Positions 18,452 through 28,173 are shown, counted from the stretch's first letter. The stretch is DNA of 64,000 nt from a virus (IMGVR_UViG_3300046810_000370:1891-65890), one strand, 5' to 3'. Program-made: numbers and translations. The notes: generated by a model from the letters alone, not told the origin.

Positions 18452-18957
18452 GCGTTCATCCGGCCGGCGCGGCCTTCGCGGTCACCACGGCCGACGCGGC
18501 GGGTCAGTTCGCGGGACAGCAGGGTGTTCTTGCGGTCGGCCGAGTCGTAGACGGCCTGGAGCATCTTCCGGTACGCGTAGGCGGCCGTCTTGGCCTCCTG
18601 GGCCGCCACATACTCCGGGTCCTCGTACGCCATCGCCTTGGCGGCCGTCACTGTCTTCTGGTTGGAGTTGCGGACGGCGGATAGGGCCTTATGTGCTTCG
18701 AGTGTGTCGACGCTGGACTTTTCGTCCACCTCCGCCGCTGCCAGCCGGGCTCCCGTGTACTCCACCCACGACGTCGTCCTGGCGAACAGGCTCATGAGTG
18801 CGCCGTCGCTTAGTTCGGTGGGATCTTCCGGCAGTTCGGGCACGTCGCCCTGCGGCTTCGGAGGCAGGTACAGGTCCTCGCGCTCCAGTCTCCTGGTCGC
18901 CTTCTGGCTGGGCGTCTGCACCGCTTCCCAACCCTTCCTCGCTACCGCTCGTGTCAT
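18448..18957 (-). CDS. helical hypothetical protein (possible recombination mediator)
   Basis: Coiled-coil character, SRELTRR end; next to exonuclease and RecA. Confidence 0.55.
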   Translation of the reverse strand: MTRAVARKGWEAVQTPSQKATRRLEREDLYLPPKPQGDVPELPEDPTELSDGALMSLFARTTSWVEYTGARLAAAEVDEKSSVDTLEAHKALSAVRNSNQKTVTAAKAMAYEDPEYVAAQEAKTAAYAYRKMLQAVYDSADRKNTLLSRELTRRVGRGDREGRAGRMNA

Positions 18958-19909
18958 CGGTGGTGGTCTCCCAGCAGGTGTTGAAGAACGGACAGTCCTT
19001 GCAGGTCTTCTTGTCCTGGCCGCAGAAGTCCGGTCGCGGTGGTGGCTTGCCCTTCTTCAGGGCGTACTTGATGTCCAGGGCCGTCTCGAACAGCGGCTCA
19101 GCGATCTCCGGGTTGTACTTGACGACGAACTCCTTCGTGGCCTGCGTCGCCTTGTACTCGTAGAGGAAGATCACCTTGTCGAAGGGAAGGCCCATCTCCT
19201 GGCACAGCCGGAGGTAGATCTGCGTCTGGCGGATGTGGCTGCCGAAGGGCCGGCGGAGCGACTTCCACAGCCCGTCCAGGTCGACGACGGTCTTGCCGTC
19301 CTCGGCGGTCTTCACCGTGAACTGCCGGAGCAGCTCGGGCTGGTCGAACCGGACGGTGCCGAGGCCGACGGACTTGATCTCGATCAGTGCGTTCAGGTCC
19401 TCGATGGCGCCGTCCTCGTGGCCGGCGATCAGGAACTCGGACTCGGCGTGGACGGGGACCTCGGCGTACTCCAGGTACACGGGCAGGCCCGCGAGGTCGG
19501 TCCTGTTGCGGCAGGACTGGCAGGCGATCCGGCCGCCCGTGCCCATCTCCCAGTAGTCACAGACGGGGCACTTCCACTTCCCCCACAGCCGGCCCATCTG
19601 CTGGAGCCACTGCTGCCACTTCGAGTGGATGCCGTGGCCCTCCATGAAGATGGTTTCCAACTGGTACGAGAAGTTCCGGCTCTTCTCGGGGGAAGCCCCC
19701 GCCAGCCTGTAGTAGGTCTGACGGGGGCACCAGTCGCTCTTGGCCATCTCGGAGGGGTGGATGATGTCCTGCCGGCGGTCGGTCGGCTTGTCGTGCTCCT
19801 CCAGGAGGTGCTTGTGGATGTCTCCGAGCAGGACGGTCTTACTCTTCTTCGTCTCGGCCAGCGAGGCGATCCGGCCAGACGGCTTCAAGGGTTTCCTTGC
19901 TCGGGGCAC
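18689..19909 (-). CDS. Cas4-like/PD-(D/E)xK exonuclease
   Basis: HPSE...WCPR, GHEDG, IEIKS, QTQIY, CKDCPFFNTC. Confidence 0.8.
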   Translation of the reverse strand: MPRARKPLKPSGRIASLAETKKSKTVLLGDIHKHLLEEHDKPTDRRQDIIHPSEMAKSDWCPRQTYYRLAGASPEKSRNFSYQLETIFMEGHGIHSKWQQWLQQMGRLWGKWKCPVCDYWEMGTGGRIACQSCRNRTDLAGLPVYLEYAEVPVHAESEFLIAGHEDGAIEDLNALIEIKSVGLGTVRFDQPELLRQFTVKTAEDGKTVVDLDGLWKSLRRPFGSHIRQTQIYLRLCQEMGLPFDKVIFLYEYKATQATKEFVVKYNPEIAEPLFETALDIKYALKKGKPPPRPDFCGQDKKTCKDCPFFNTCWETTTDDTSGSEEGLGSGADAQPEGDQETGARGPVPASEAAGRRARTAGRSHRTKRRRTHEPVRQDDVVGGVHGSPAGSGGGGRKVQRRHTRST

Positions 19910-20216
19910 TCTCGAAACTCCAGTCTTTCTTTTCTACGAACTTCCTGATGTAAGCCCGTTCCAGGACATCCAGTCCGCCCCAGATTCCGTAGTGCTCGTT
20001 GTTGATGAGCGCGAAGTCGAGGCACTGTTCCCGGAGAGGGCAGACCCTCCCGGTATAGGTGCCGTTACATATGTGCTTGGCCTGGGCCTCGCTGCCGGTA
20101 CCGTCTCCGAAGAAATCGTCGTGATCTCTCGTCGGCCGGAACTTCCGGCAGGAGGCTTCCTTTTCAGGATTCCCTCCGCCGTCCCACTCGGGGGCGTTCT
20201 TCCGGAGGTGCATTAC
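19839..20216 (-). CDS. whiB: WhiB-family transcription factor
   Basis: C...FF...AKHIC...CPLREQCL...YGIWGG. Confidence 0.85.
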   Translation of the reverse strand, partial: VMHLRKNAPEWDGGGNPEKEASCRKFRPTRDHDDFFGDGTGSEAQAKHICNGTYTGRVCPLREQCLDFALINNEHYGIWGGLDVLERAYIRKFVEKKDWSFESAPSKETLEAVWPDRLAGRDEEE

Positions 20217-20554
20217 CACGGCAGTATCTCCTCGGCGTCCATTTCCGGATGCGCCAAGGCATGAAGCGCCAGGAAAGTCTCTTCGGACATCGTGATCCAG
20301 TTTCTTCCACCGGACATCTGAGTCCCGAAGAGCATTTCCCTGCCATCGATCAGGGCCTGCTTCTCTGCGGTAACCAGTTCCTTTTCCTTGAGCGAGTACG
20401 ATCCCTTACTGGTGACCTTGTACTCGATCGAGTAATCCGGAGTGCGTACGTCGTTCTTCCGCACCCAACCGTTGCCGCTACCCGCGTTCACCGTCCCGCC
20501 GAGGAGTTCCGCTCCCCGCCGTTCCTGCTTCTGGCTCTTCTTCAACATGTCCAT
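20213..20554 (-). CDS. Holliday junction resolvase-like PD-(D/E)xK nuclease
   Basis: SQKQERR...GSG...KNDV...IEYK. Confidence 0.65.
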   Translation of the reverse strand: MDMLKKSQKQERRGAELLGGTVNAGSGNGWVRKNDVRTPDYSIEYKVTSKGSYSLKEKELVTAEKQALIDGREMLFGTQMSGGRNWITMSEETFLALHALAHPEMDAEEILPW

Positions 20555-20687
20555 AGGAGGTCTCCAGAAGCGTGGCGAGAAGACCGAACTTCTCGTGGGA
20601 CCGGTCCTGGCGCCGGGAATACCGGACGCCAAGGACCAGGATGTAAACGGCTGCTATTGCCAGCAGCGCGGAAAGCACGGCCACCAT
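20478..20687 (-). CDS. small membrane protein
   Basis: N-terminal TM helix; TGATG overlap with recA stop. Confidence 0.5.
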   Translation of the reverse strand: MVAVLSALLAIAAVYILVLGVRYSRRQDRSHEKFGLLATLLETSYGHVEEEPEAGTAGSGTPRRDGERG

Positions 20688-21871
20688 CAGGCGGCCAAAG
20701 TATGAAGCCCGTCGGCCTCTTCCGGCTTGGGCCGCCGGCTGACCTTCTTGGTGCCCTCGTTCTCGGCGGCCGTAAGGTCGTCCTCGGAAATGGAACGCTC
20801 GTCGGCGTGCTGAGACGCGGCGAGGACCTTCTCGTAGAGGAATTCCTGGAGGTCCAGATCCTCTCGGATGGCAGCGAGGGTGTTCTCCTTGCTGTGCCAG
20901 CGAAGGACAGGCTTTCCCTTGTCGTCGTACTCGCCGTTGTCGACCTCGTAGTAAGCGCCCTTGCGCTTGATGACGTCGAAGAGGATTCCCATGATCATGA
21001 TTTCCTTCGTGGTGTCGAAATCACCACGGGCGAAATTCAGATAGGGGGCCGAGCGGAAGTAGGCGTCGATGGTGGCGACCTGCTGCGGTGCGGCCGACTT
21101 GTTCTTGATGGTCTTCACCTTGATGACCTGGCCGACGTTCACCTTGCCCTTTCCGGGCCGGGCTTCCTGAATCCACTCGTCGCGCCGGACTTCCACCCGG
21201 GTGTAGAACGCGTAGTTCTTTGCATTTCCACCGGGCGTCGTGGTCGGCGTGCCGTGCGGGGAGAACTTGCCGATGGCGTCGCGGTACTGGTTGATGACGA
21301 TGCCGAGCATGGGGCGGTCGTCGGGGTCGGTCATCGAGCGCTTCGTCGCGGCGCCGGACTTGCGGAAGAACTTGCCGGTGAGGCGGGCGCCGAGGGCCAT
21401 GGTGGCCTCGTCCATGTCCTTCTCGGCTTCCTCGTCCGGGATGAGCGCCGGGTAGGAGTCGAGGACGATCATGTCGACCGAGCGGGACGTCGCGAAGTCG
21501 AGCATGGTCTGGTAGGCGAACTCCATGGCCTGGGTGGGGACGACGATGACGCGGTCGTTGTCGACGCCCAGCGCCTCGGCCTGGTCGGTGTCGTAGTGCT
21601 CGGCCGCGACCCACAGGCAGGTGAAGTTCGGGTCCTTCTTCTGGTTGGCGGCCAGCGTCTTGTAGACGATGAAGGTCTTGCCGTGGGACTCGCGGCCGAT
21701 GACCTCGACCCACTGGTTGCCCGGCCAGCCACCGCCGAGGGCGATGTCGAGGGAGAGGGAGCCGGAGGTGAAGCGCTTGGCGACGCGCATCTCGGAGGCG
21801 AAGCAGACGGCGCCGGGGTGCGCCTTGTTGATCTTGGCGAGGAGTGCGAGGGCTTCCTTGTTGACGCTCAA
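20687..21871 (-). CDS. recA: RecA-like recombinase
   Basis: TSGSLSLDIALGGG, GRESHGKT Walker A, IVLDS, INQYR, TTPGGNA. Confidence 0.93.
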   Translation of the reverse strand: MSVNKEALALLAKINKAHPGAVCFASEMRVAKRFTSGSLSLDIALGGGWPGNQWVEVIGRESHGKTFIVYKTLAANQKKDPNFTCLWVAAEHYDTDQAEALGVDNDRVIVVPTQAMEFAYQTMLDFATSRSVDMIVLDSYPALIPDEEAEKDMDEATMALGARLTGKFFRKSGAATKRSMTDPDDRPMLGIVINQYRDAIGKFSPHGTPTTTPGGNAKNYAFYTRVEVRRDEWIQEARPGKGKVNVGQVIKVKTIKNKSAAPQQVATIDAYFRSAPYLNFARGDFDTTKEIMIMGILFDVIKRKGAYYEVDNGEYDDKGKPVLRWHSKENTLAAIREDLDLQEFLYEKVLAASQHADERSISEDDLTAAENEGTKKVSRRPKPEEADGLHTLAA

Positions 21872-21900
21872 CAGGGGCCCCCGTAGGTATGAAGTCGCAT
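21868..21900 (-). CDS. 10-codon leader ORF MRLHTYGGPC coupled to recA
   Basis: AGGAG RBS, ATG, in-frame CTT-CAT-ACC, TGA overlapping recA TTG start. Confidence 0.6.
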   Translation of the reverse strand: MRLHTYGGPC

Positions 21901-22020
21901 GTGTGGTGTTACTCCTGATCCGATAGCGCGGAAGCGATAACGAAGAACCGGTAGTCCCTATACCATAACGGCGAAGGAACTACCGGTCCACTCATGTATC
22001 AACTAGTTGATGAAGATCTT

Positions 22021-22404
22021 TTAGCGGATTTCCCGAGGCCACGGGGGCAGCGGCTTCTTCCCGTTGCCGTCCCAGGGAGCCATCCACTGCTGCTCGATGA
22101 GATGGGTGACGAGGTCCCGGCCGTCAGGCAGGGCCACGGTCGCGAGGTACCGGCCGCCGTACTTGTCGGGGTCGATGTCACGTCCCTGCTTGTGCGAGCG
22201 AAGGACGACACGACTGCCCAGAGGAAGGAGCGCGGACAGGTTGGCCCCCGCTTCCTTGCCGCCCGGGTCTTTCAACTCCCGAGCGTTGCCGCCATGCAGA
22301 CGGACGTGAAAGTCGTGCTTCCAGGTGTCGAGACCCAGGTCCAGGTCGACGGTGATGGTGTCGCCGTCATGGACGCCGGTGACGATGGCGCCGTACTCGT
22401 ACAT
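22021..22404 (-). CDS. thermonuclease (SNase-like)
   Basis: VHDGDTI, VRLHGGNAREL, DKYGGRYLA. Confidence 0.85.
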   Translation of the reverse strand: MYEYGAIVTGVHDGDTITVDLDLGLDTWKHDFHVRLHGGNARELKDPGGKEAGANLSALLPLGSRVVLRSHKQGRDIDPDKYGGRYLATVALPDGRDLVTHLIEQQWMAPWDGNGKKPLPPWPREIR

Positions 22405-24356
22405 CAGTTGCTCACCAGGTCGACTACCTCGCAGCCGCCGGCTGCCGAGCAGGCCAGTTCCTGGGAGCCCACGGTCTGGTCGTAGGTCTCGTAGAAGGCC
22501 AGGTCGGACCACTCGACGCGGTACTCCTTGGCGACCTGGGCCTCGTACTCCTCCTGCGTGATCTCCGTGTACGGCGCCTGCACGTAGGTGTGGTCGCTGT
22601 ACGGGAGGAAGGAGACACCGGAGATCTCGTCCAGGTGCTCCCAGACCCACTCGCCGACCTCGGCCCACTCGTGCTCGCGCACCGAGATGGTCACCGAAGG
22701 CTTGTGCTCGCACCAGAACCGCTGGTACGTCAGCCAGATCTCCAGGTGCTCGATCGCGGAGACGTCCTCACGCACCAGGGCGTTGTCGCCGGCTCGCTGG
22801 GGGAAGGTGAACACCCACGCGGAGGAGTTGTAGGCGTCCTCCTCGTGCGGGATCCCGGCGTCGAGCATCACGAACGCGATGGGGTCCTTCTTGTCCACTC
22901 GCACGCGCCGCTCGTAGAAGCGGGCGTGCTTGGTATGAAGCCCGGACTCGCAGTCGACCAACTGGGAGACGGTGCCGGAGGGCTTCACACAGGTGATCGC
23001 GTCCGAGGACGGGATGCCGATGCGCTGGGCCTCCGTCTCGTTGGCGACGCGTGCCGTCAGGCGAAGGTCGGTCAGCGCGAGGGACGTCAGTCCGTTGCCA
23101 GCACTGCCGTTGGTGTACTGGTTGCCGAAGACGCCGGTGAGGCTGACGCCGAGGAGTCGCTCCTCCTCCGCGTTCTTGCGCCACTCCTCACGCAGGTACG
23201 GGTAGTCCGTCAGCGTGCTCTGCCAGGTGCCGAGGATGGCCGCCAGGCGTACCTTGCGCTCCAGGTCCTCGACGGTGTCCTCCGGCCGGACGACGACCTC
23301 GGACAAGTTACAGAAGGAGAAGGGACGCAAAATGATCTCGCTGCACGGGTTGGTCCCGTAGTCGGTGTCAGCCGACCGGTGCCCGTACTCAGCAGCCTGC
23401 CGCTGGGCTGCACCACGGTGGAAGATGCCACGCTCACCCGAGCCGGACGCGACGATCGAGTCCCACTCCTGGTTGAAGTCCTCGTAGCGCATGCCGTCGT
23501 AGTAGACGGCGGAGTTGTTGGCCAGAGCGCGGTAGCCGTGGTCCTTCCACCACTCCCCCGCCTTCGCCTGCGCCATCTCCTGGTCGTCCAGGTCGGACAG
23601 GCTGATCATCGCCGAGCGCCGGACGCCACCGACCACGACGACGCTGGCTATCTTGCAGGCCAGGTCGTGGACCTCGATCGGGCGGAACTTGCGGCCCTTG
23701 GCGCCCTCGAACAGGTCGACGGTGAACTGGAAGAGGTCTGCGAGCGGACCCGGGCCGGAGGCTCGCCCTCCGAAGGTATGAAGCCGGGCGCCGGCCGGGC
23801 GCACCTTGGACAGGTCCCAGTCGACGCGCTCGCCGTTCCACAAGGAGGTGAGCAGCGCGCGGAAGGCCAGGCCCCAGCCCTCCTTGGAGTCCTCGACGGG
23901 GATGTAGACGGCCTCGTTGTACTCGATGACCTCGGGGACGGCCGGGAGTTGGTCGGTGTAGCGGCGTTCGACCGAGTAACCGACCCCGGTGCCGTTCATG
24001 AGGATGTAGAGGAGTTCGTCCAGGGCGCGCGGATCCTGCAACGGCAGGTAACTGCAATTGAATCCGGCGATGTTCGAGCGGTCCAGCGCGGCGCCAGCAG
24101 TCATCACCGCGCGCATGGACGGCATGACCTCGTGGGTGAGGACGGCCTGACGGATGGCCTCGACGTCCTCCTGCTCGGGGACGTAGTCGTGCTTGTTCTT
24201 CAACTGGCCGAGCATGAAGTCGACGTAGCGGTCGACCGTCTCGGTCCAGGTCTCGCGTCGGTTGCGCTCCTCGTCCCAGCGGGCGTATCGCGACTTGGCG
24301 ATGAAGGAGCGGTAGGGGTCGGCGATGTCGCCGGCAGGGGTGAGCAGGGAGGTCAC
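22404..24356 (-). CDS. nrdJ: class II (B12-dependent) ribonucleotide reductase
   Basis: MPSMR, FNCS, VVVGGVRRSA, TNPCSEI, TCVKPSGT, C-terminal C-x5-C. Confidence 0.92.
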   Translation of the reverse strand: MTSLLTPAGDIADPYRSFIAKSRYARWDEERNRRETWTETVDRYVDFMLGQLKNKHDYVPEQEDVEAIRQAVLTHEVMPSMRAVMTAGAALDRSNIAGFNCSYLPLQDPRALDELLYILMNGTGVGYSVERRYTDQLPAVPEVIEYNEAVYIPVEDSKEGWGLAFRALLTSLWNGERVDWDLSKVRPAGARLHTFGGRASGPGPLADLFQFTVDLFEGAKGRKFRPIEVHDLACKIASVVVVGGVRRSAMISLSDLDDQEMAQAKAGEWWKDHGYRALANNSAVYYDGMRYEDFNQEWDSIVASGSGERGIFHRGAAQRQAAEYGHRSADTDYGTNPCSEIILRPFSFCNLSEVVVRPEDTVEDLERKVRLAAILGTWQSTLTDYPYLREEWRKNAEEERLLGVSLTGVFGNQYTNGSAGNGLTSLALTDLRLTARVANETEAQRIGIPSSDAITCVKPSGTVSQLVDCESGLHTKHARFYERRVRVDKKDPIAFVMLDAGIPHEEDAYNSSAWVFTFPQRAGDNALVREDVSAIEHLEIWLTYQRFWCEHKPSVTISVREHEWAEVGEWVWEHLDEISGVSFLPYSDHTYVQAPYTEITQEEYEAQVAKEYRVEWSDLAFYETYDQTVGSQELACSAAGGCEVVDLVSN

Positions 24357-24393
24357 CAGGAAGTCCGTTCGTCGTAAAAGGAAGAGGGGTGCG

Positions 24394-24843
24394 TCAGACG
24401 GTGCCGTCGGCGCGGATGATCGTGCCGGGCTTGTAGTTGCTCCGGCCTCCCGCTCCCCCACTCGCGGTCTGCTTGGCCGGGGTCGACGGGGTCGACTTGT
24501 CTCCGGACGGCAGTCCTGCGGTGGTCTGGGTGAAGCGGGGGTTGTAGCCGCACGTGTAGCACTGGGCCATGGCGTTGGGATGGCCGTGGGGCTTGAAGTA
24601 CTCGCCGCCCTGGCAGTCAGGGCAGCGGGTGTCCTGCTTGGCCACCATGGCGCGGGCCGGCGCGCGGCCCTCGGTATGAAGTGGCACTGTCTGCTCGGGC
24701 TGCTGCTGGGTGGGGTAGGGCTGCTGCCCGGAGGCCCACCAGGGGGTGTTGGTCTGCTGCTGGGGCGCCGGCGCGGCGGCCGGGGCCGGGGCGGCCGGTC
24801 GAGCGGCCCCGCCTCCCAGTTTGTTGGCCCAGAAGTTACTCAC
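24394..24843 (-). CDS. zinc-ribbon hypothetical protein
   Basis: CPDC...CYTCGY; GTG start 24843. Confidence 0.65.
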   Translation of the reverse strand: MSNFWANKLGGGAARPAAPAPAAAPAPQQQTNTPWWASGQQPYPTQQQPEQTVPLHTEGRAPARAMVAKQDTRCPDCQGGEYFKPHGHPNAMAQCYTCGYNPRFTQTTAGLPSGDKSTPSTPAKQTASGGAGGRSNYKPGTIIRADGTV

Positions 24844-25303
24844 CGAATTGCACTCCGTCCGCGTACGTGATGATTCCCATGTCGAGCAGGTTGGCGAGGA
24901 CTGCCACCATTCCGGCACGCAGTACGGAGGAATGATGCCGTTGGAGAGCGACGGCCGTTTCCTCGTCCGCTGAAATGCCAGAGTTAACCAGCATAGCCGA
25001 AGCAGTAATGCCGGAAACTAGTGGACCGAGGAGGTCCAGCATTTCCTTCAGCGGGAGGACCTGCGCGAGCCTTTCGTGGCTGGCCCGGTGTTCCATTTCG
25101 GCGACGTCGGGGCTGTCCGGGTGCAGTTTCATGAGCGGGATCATCTGCGGGACCTGCGGGCACGGGACGATGTCCCAGAGGAGACGCTTCACGAGCATCT
25201 CCGGGGTGAAGAGGTCCACCTGCGGACCGTCGTCGAGGTCGTCGAGGTCGTCGAATACCCCGGGGTCGTTGTCGTCCTTGTTCTTGCGGTTGAAGATGCC
25301 CAT
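24836..25303 (-). CDS. hypothetical protein
   Basis: 155 aa ORF abutting polymerase. Confidence 0.65.
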   Translation of the reverse strand: MGIFNRKNKDDNDPGVFDDLDDLDDGPQVDLFTPEMLVKRLLWDIVPCPQVPQMIPLMKLHPDSPDVAEMEHRASHERLAQVLPLKEMLDLLGPLVSGITASAMLVNSGISADEETAVALQRHHSSVLRAGMVAVLANLLDMGIITYADGVQFGE

Positions 25304-27283
25304 CTACTTTGCCTCCGACCAGCGGTCCACGATCTTCACGTCGGAAGACAGCGGAACCTTCAGCAGTTTCTGGATGTCCTCGCCGAGCATGGCTTCCTTC
25401 ACCAGGCCGGCTGCTTCCTCGGCCCGGTCCTCCGGGGCCAGGACCACGAGTTCGTCGTGGACCGAGAGGATCAGGCGGATCTCGTCCGGCAGGATGTTGT
25501 TCAGCCGGATCATCGCCAGTTTGATCAGGTCGGCCGCGCTCCCCTGGATCAGGGAGTTCACTGCCTGACGCTCGGCTCCCATTCGCAGGCCATTCGACTG
25601 CGAGAGGATGAGCGGAAGGCGGCGCTTACGGCCGAGGAGCGTGCGGATGTAGGGCGGGCGCCGCGAGCGGCAGACCCGTACGACCTCTTCCTTGAACCGG
25701 TAGATCTCCGGGAACAACTTCTGGTGCATCTCCATGAAGCGCTTGGCGTCCTTGACGGAGATCTTCGCCATGCTGGCGACCTTGTCCGGGCCGGCGCCGT
25801 ACACCACGGCAAAGTTGATTCCCTTGGCGACCTGGCGGAAGTCGATGCACTCCCGGTCGCCTTCCTTGACCCTGCGGATGAATTCCTGGGGGTCCACTCC
25901 CATAAGCGCGGCAGCGGTTGCCGAGTGGGGGTCGACGCCGTTGTGGAATCCCTTGTAGAGGTCGCCTCGGCCAATGAAGTGGGCGAGGACCACGAGTTCG
26001 ATCTGCCCGTAGTCCGCGACGACCAGTTTGTATCCGGCCGGCGCGACGAACAGGCCACGAATCCGCTTACCGAGTTCTGTGTCCGGGCGCGGGATGTTCT
26101 GGAGGTTGGGTTCCCGGCAGGAGAATCGTCCGGTCACCGTGCCGTACTGGACGAAGTCGGCGTGGATGCGGCCGTCGAAGATGCGGGTGGGCTTCTTCGG
26201 GTCGCCTTCGACGCCGAGGTAGGACAGCGGGTAGTCGAGCAGCTTGCTGACTTCGGCGTACTCCAGCAGCTTCTTGACGACCGCGTTGTTCTCGTGCTTC
26301 TCCAGGCTGTCGGCGTCGGTGGAGTAGTCCTTCCACTCCAGCGCCTGGCCGGACTCGCGCTTCTTCTTGCCGCCGTCGGTCGGCTTGGTGGGCTTGAGTC
26401 CCTGACCGCCGTCCTTCTTGGGGGCGTACAGGACCTGGGCCTTCTGGGCCGGGGCGTTGAGGTTGAACTGCTGGCCGGCCGCGCGGTAGATGTCGGCCTC
26501 GATGTCCACGAGGCGGGCGCTCATGTCGCGCACCAACTCCTGCATGGCCATCTGGTCGACGGGCGCGCCGGTGATGCCCATGTCGAGGAGCACGCCGAGG
26601 ACGTCCTCTTCCAGGCGCCGTACGTTGATCAGGCCCTGGTCGTGGATACGCTTCTGGAACTTCTTCCAGAGCAGCCAGGTGTACTTCGCGTCCATGAACG
26701 CGTAGTGCGCGACCTTGGAGAAGGGGTGCGCCTCAACACACTTCCCGACGTTCTCCGTGTCGTAGTCGACCTTGTAGTAGCGCTTGACGAGGTCCTTGAG
26801 ACCCTTCTGCTTCATGTTCTCGTCGAGCAGCCACTGGAGCACGATGGTGTCGCTGTACTGCGGCGGGGCTATCTCTCCCCAGTACTTCGCGGTCGAGATC
26901 AGGTCGAAGGTCGCGTTGTGCGCGATCTTGATCTTGTCCTCGGCGAAGAACAGCGGCTTGAGGATGGAGAACACCTCGGAGGGGAGCATCTGCTCCGGCG
27001 GGGCGTCGTAGACGGCCGGGATGGGGTCGAACTTCCCGGTGGTCCGGTTCTTCTTCTTCGTGCCCTTGCTGATCAGCACGTCGCCGTTGGGGTGACCGAA
27101 CGGGATGGCCACGGCCTCACCGTCGGCGGCCAGGCTCATCCAGTTGGCGACATTCTGGGTCGGGACGTTGCGGTTGGGGCCGAACGTCTCGATGTCGAAG
27201 GAGAAGGCCGGGCGCTCCATGAAGCGCTCGACCACGGTATGAAGTCGGTCAGGGGTGAGGATGACGGAGTGGCGGATGCTCAT
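25304..27283 (-). CDS. polA: family A DNA polymerase with 3'-5' exonuclease
   Basis: FDIET, HNATFD, TGRFS..PNLQN, ADYGQIEL, AKGINFAVVYG, VHDE. Confidence 0.95.
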   Translation of the reverse strand: MSIRHSVILTPDRLHTVVERFMERPAFSFDIETFGPNRNVPTQNVANWMSLAADGEAVAIPFGHPNGDVLISKGTKKKNRTTGKFDPIPAVYDAPPEQMLPSEVFSILKPLFFAEDKIKIAHNATFDLISTAKYWGEIAPPQYSDTIVLQWLLDENMKQKGLKDLVKRYYKVDYDTENVGKCVEAHPFSKVAHYAFMDAKYTWLLWKKFQKRIHDQGLINVRRLEEDVLGVLLDMGITGAPVDQMAMQELVRDMSARLVDIEADIYRAAGQQFNLNAPAQKAQVLYAPKKDGGQGLKPTKPTDGGKKKRESGQALEWKDYSTDADSLEKHENNAVVKKLLEYAEVSKLLDYPLSYLGVEGDPKKPTRIFDGRIHADFVQYGTVTGRFSCREPNLQNIPRPDTELGKRIRGLFVAPAGYKLVVADYGQIELVVLAHFIGRGDLYKGFHNGVDPHSATAAALMGVDPQEFIRRVKEGDRECIDFRQVAKGINFAVVYGAGPDKVASMAKISVKDAKRFMEMHQKLFPEIYRFKEEVVRVCRSRRPPYIRTLLGRKRRLPLILSQSNGLRMGAERQAVNSLIQGSAADLIKLAMIRLNNILPDEIRLILSVHDELVVLAPEDRAEEAAGLVKEAMLGEDIQKLLKVPLSSDVKIVDRWSEAK

Positions 27284-27366
27284 CGGACGACGACCTCCTG
27301 GTGGTGTGGTGGGGAAGCTGAGGGGGAGGCCCCGGCGTGGTGCCAGAACCTCCCCCAGGAGGCCGA

Positions 27367-28173
27367 TCAGTCGTTCAGGATCTCGCGGGCTATCTGCTTG
27401 AGTTCGCTGCGCGAGTTCACCTGGAGCACGTCCTCGTCGTAGGCCTTGGAGTCGAACTCCTCCAGGTCCTGCTCGTCGAGGGGCTCGATGTCCCAGTCGT
27501 CGAGGAGGTCCCGCTCCTTGACCGGGGTGATGTAGTAGTTGGTCTTGTTGTTCTTGCTCTCCTTGCGGACGGAGAAGTACAGGTCGTCCCGGTTGATCGG
27601 GGCGGTCTTCTTGTCCTTGGAGTAGTTCTTGAGGATGTCCGCGACCATCGGGCCGAACTGCCAGATCTTGACCTGCGGGTCCTCGGGGTCGGTGAAGTCG
27701 ACCACGTTGAAGCAGACCTGCTGGGACGGCTTGTCACCCGCGTCGTCGCACAGCGGGCACCGGGCCTCCAGGCACGTCCAGGACCGCTTCCCCTTGCGCT
27801 CGATCCAGTGCTGGAGGAAGACCAGGAACGGCTCCTCGTCGAGGATCTTCACGACGACGGACTCGTTGGTGACCTTGAAGTTCTCCGGGAAGCCGGAGGT
27901 CTGGGACTTGGTCTTCTCGTACGAACCCCAGCCCTTGCCGCCCACCTTCGGGGCAGGCTCATCGTCCTCGTCGTCCGCCTGGGAACGGCGCGAGCGGCGG
28001 GAGGTGTCGGCCTCCTCGGTATGAAGCGCGTCGCGGCGGGAGCCACGTCGGGAGCCACGGGCCGGCCGCTCGGTCTCCTCCTCGGCGTAGCCGTGCTCCT
28101 CCTGCTCCTCGTCGGCGGGGGTGTAGGCCTCGGTGGACGCGGCGGTGCGGCGACGGGTGAGGGTGCGGGCCAT
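27367..28173 (-). CDS. ssDNA-binding protein (gp32-like)
   Basis: QHW...TC...CPLC zinc motif, acidic C-terminus, next to polymerase. Confidence 0.65.
   Translation of the reverse strand: MARTLTRRRTAASTEAYTPADEEQEEHGYAEEETERPARGSRRGSRRDALHTEEADTSRRSRRSQADDEDDEPAPKVGGKGWGSYEKTKSQTSGFPENFKVTNESVVVKILDEEPFLVFLQHWIERKGKRSWTCLEARCPLCDDAGDKPSQQVCFNVVDFTDPEDPQVKIWQFGPMVADILKNYSKDKKTAPINRDDLYFSVRKESKNNKTNYYITPVKERDLLDDWDIEPLDEQDLEEFDSKAYDEDVLQVNSRSELKQIAREILND

Noticed and set aside
18689-19909. Cas4 as sign of a CRISPR system
   Set aside because: Stand-alone phage exonuclease; no array or other cas genes seen
24272-24280. CTTCATG hits here and at ~62474
   Set aside because: Ordinary TTC-ATG (Phe-Met) codon pairs in another frame, lacking the AYY ending
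27236-27249. Complementarity of CCGACTTCAT to 16S rRNA AUGAAGUCGG (~1330 region, from recall)
   Set aside because: Fits only a few copies, does not explain the conserved AYY, and the region is normally structured
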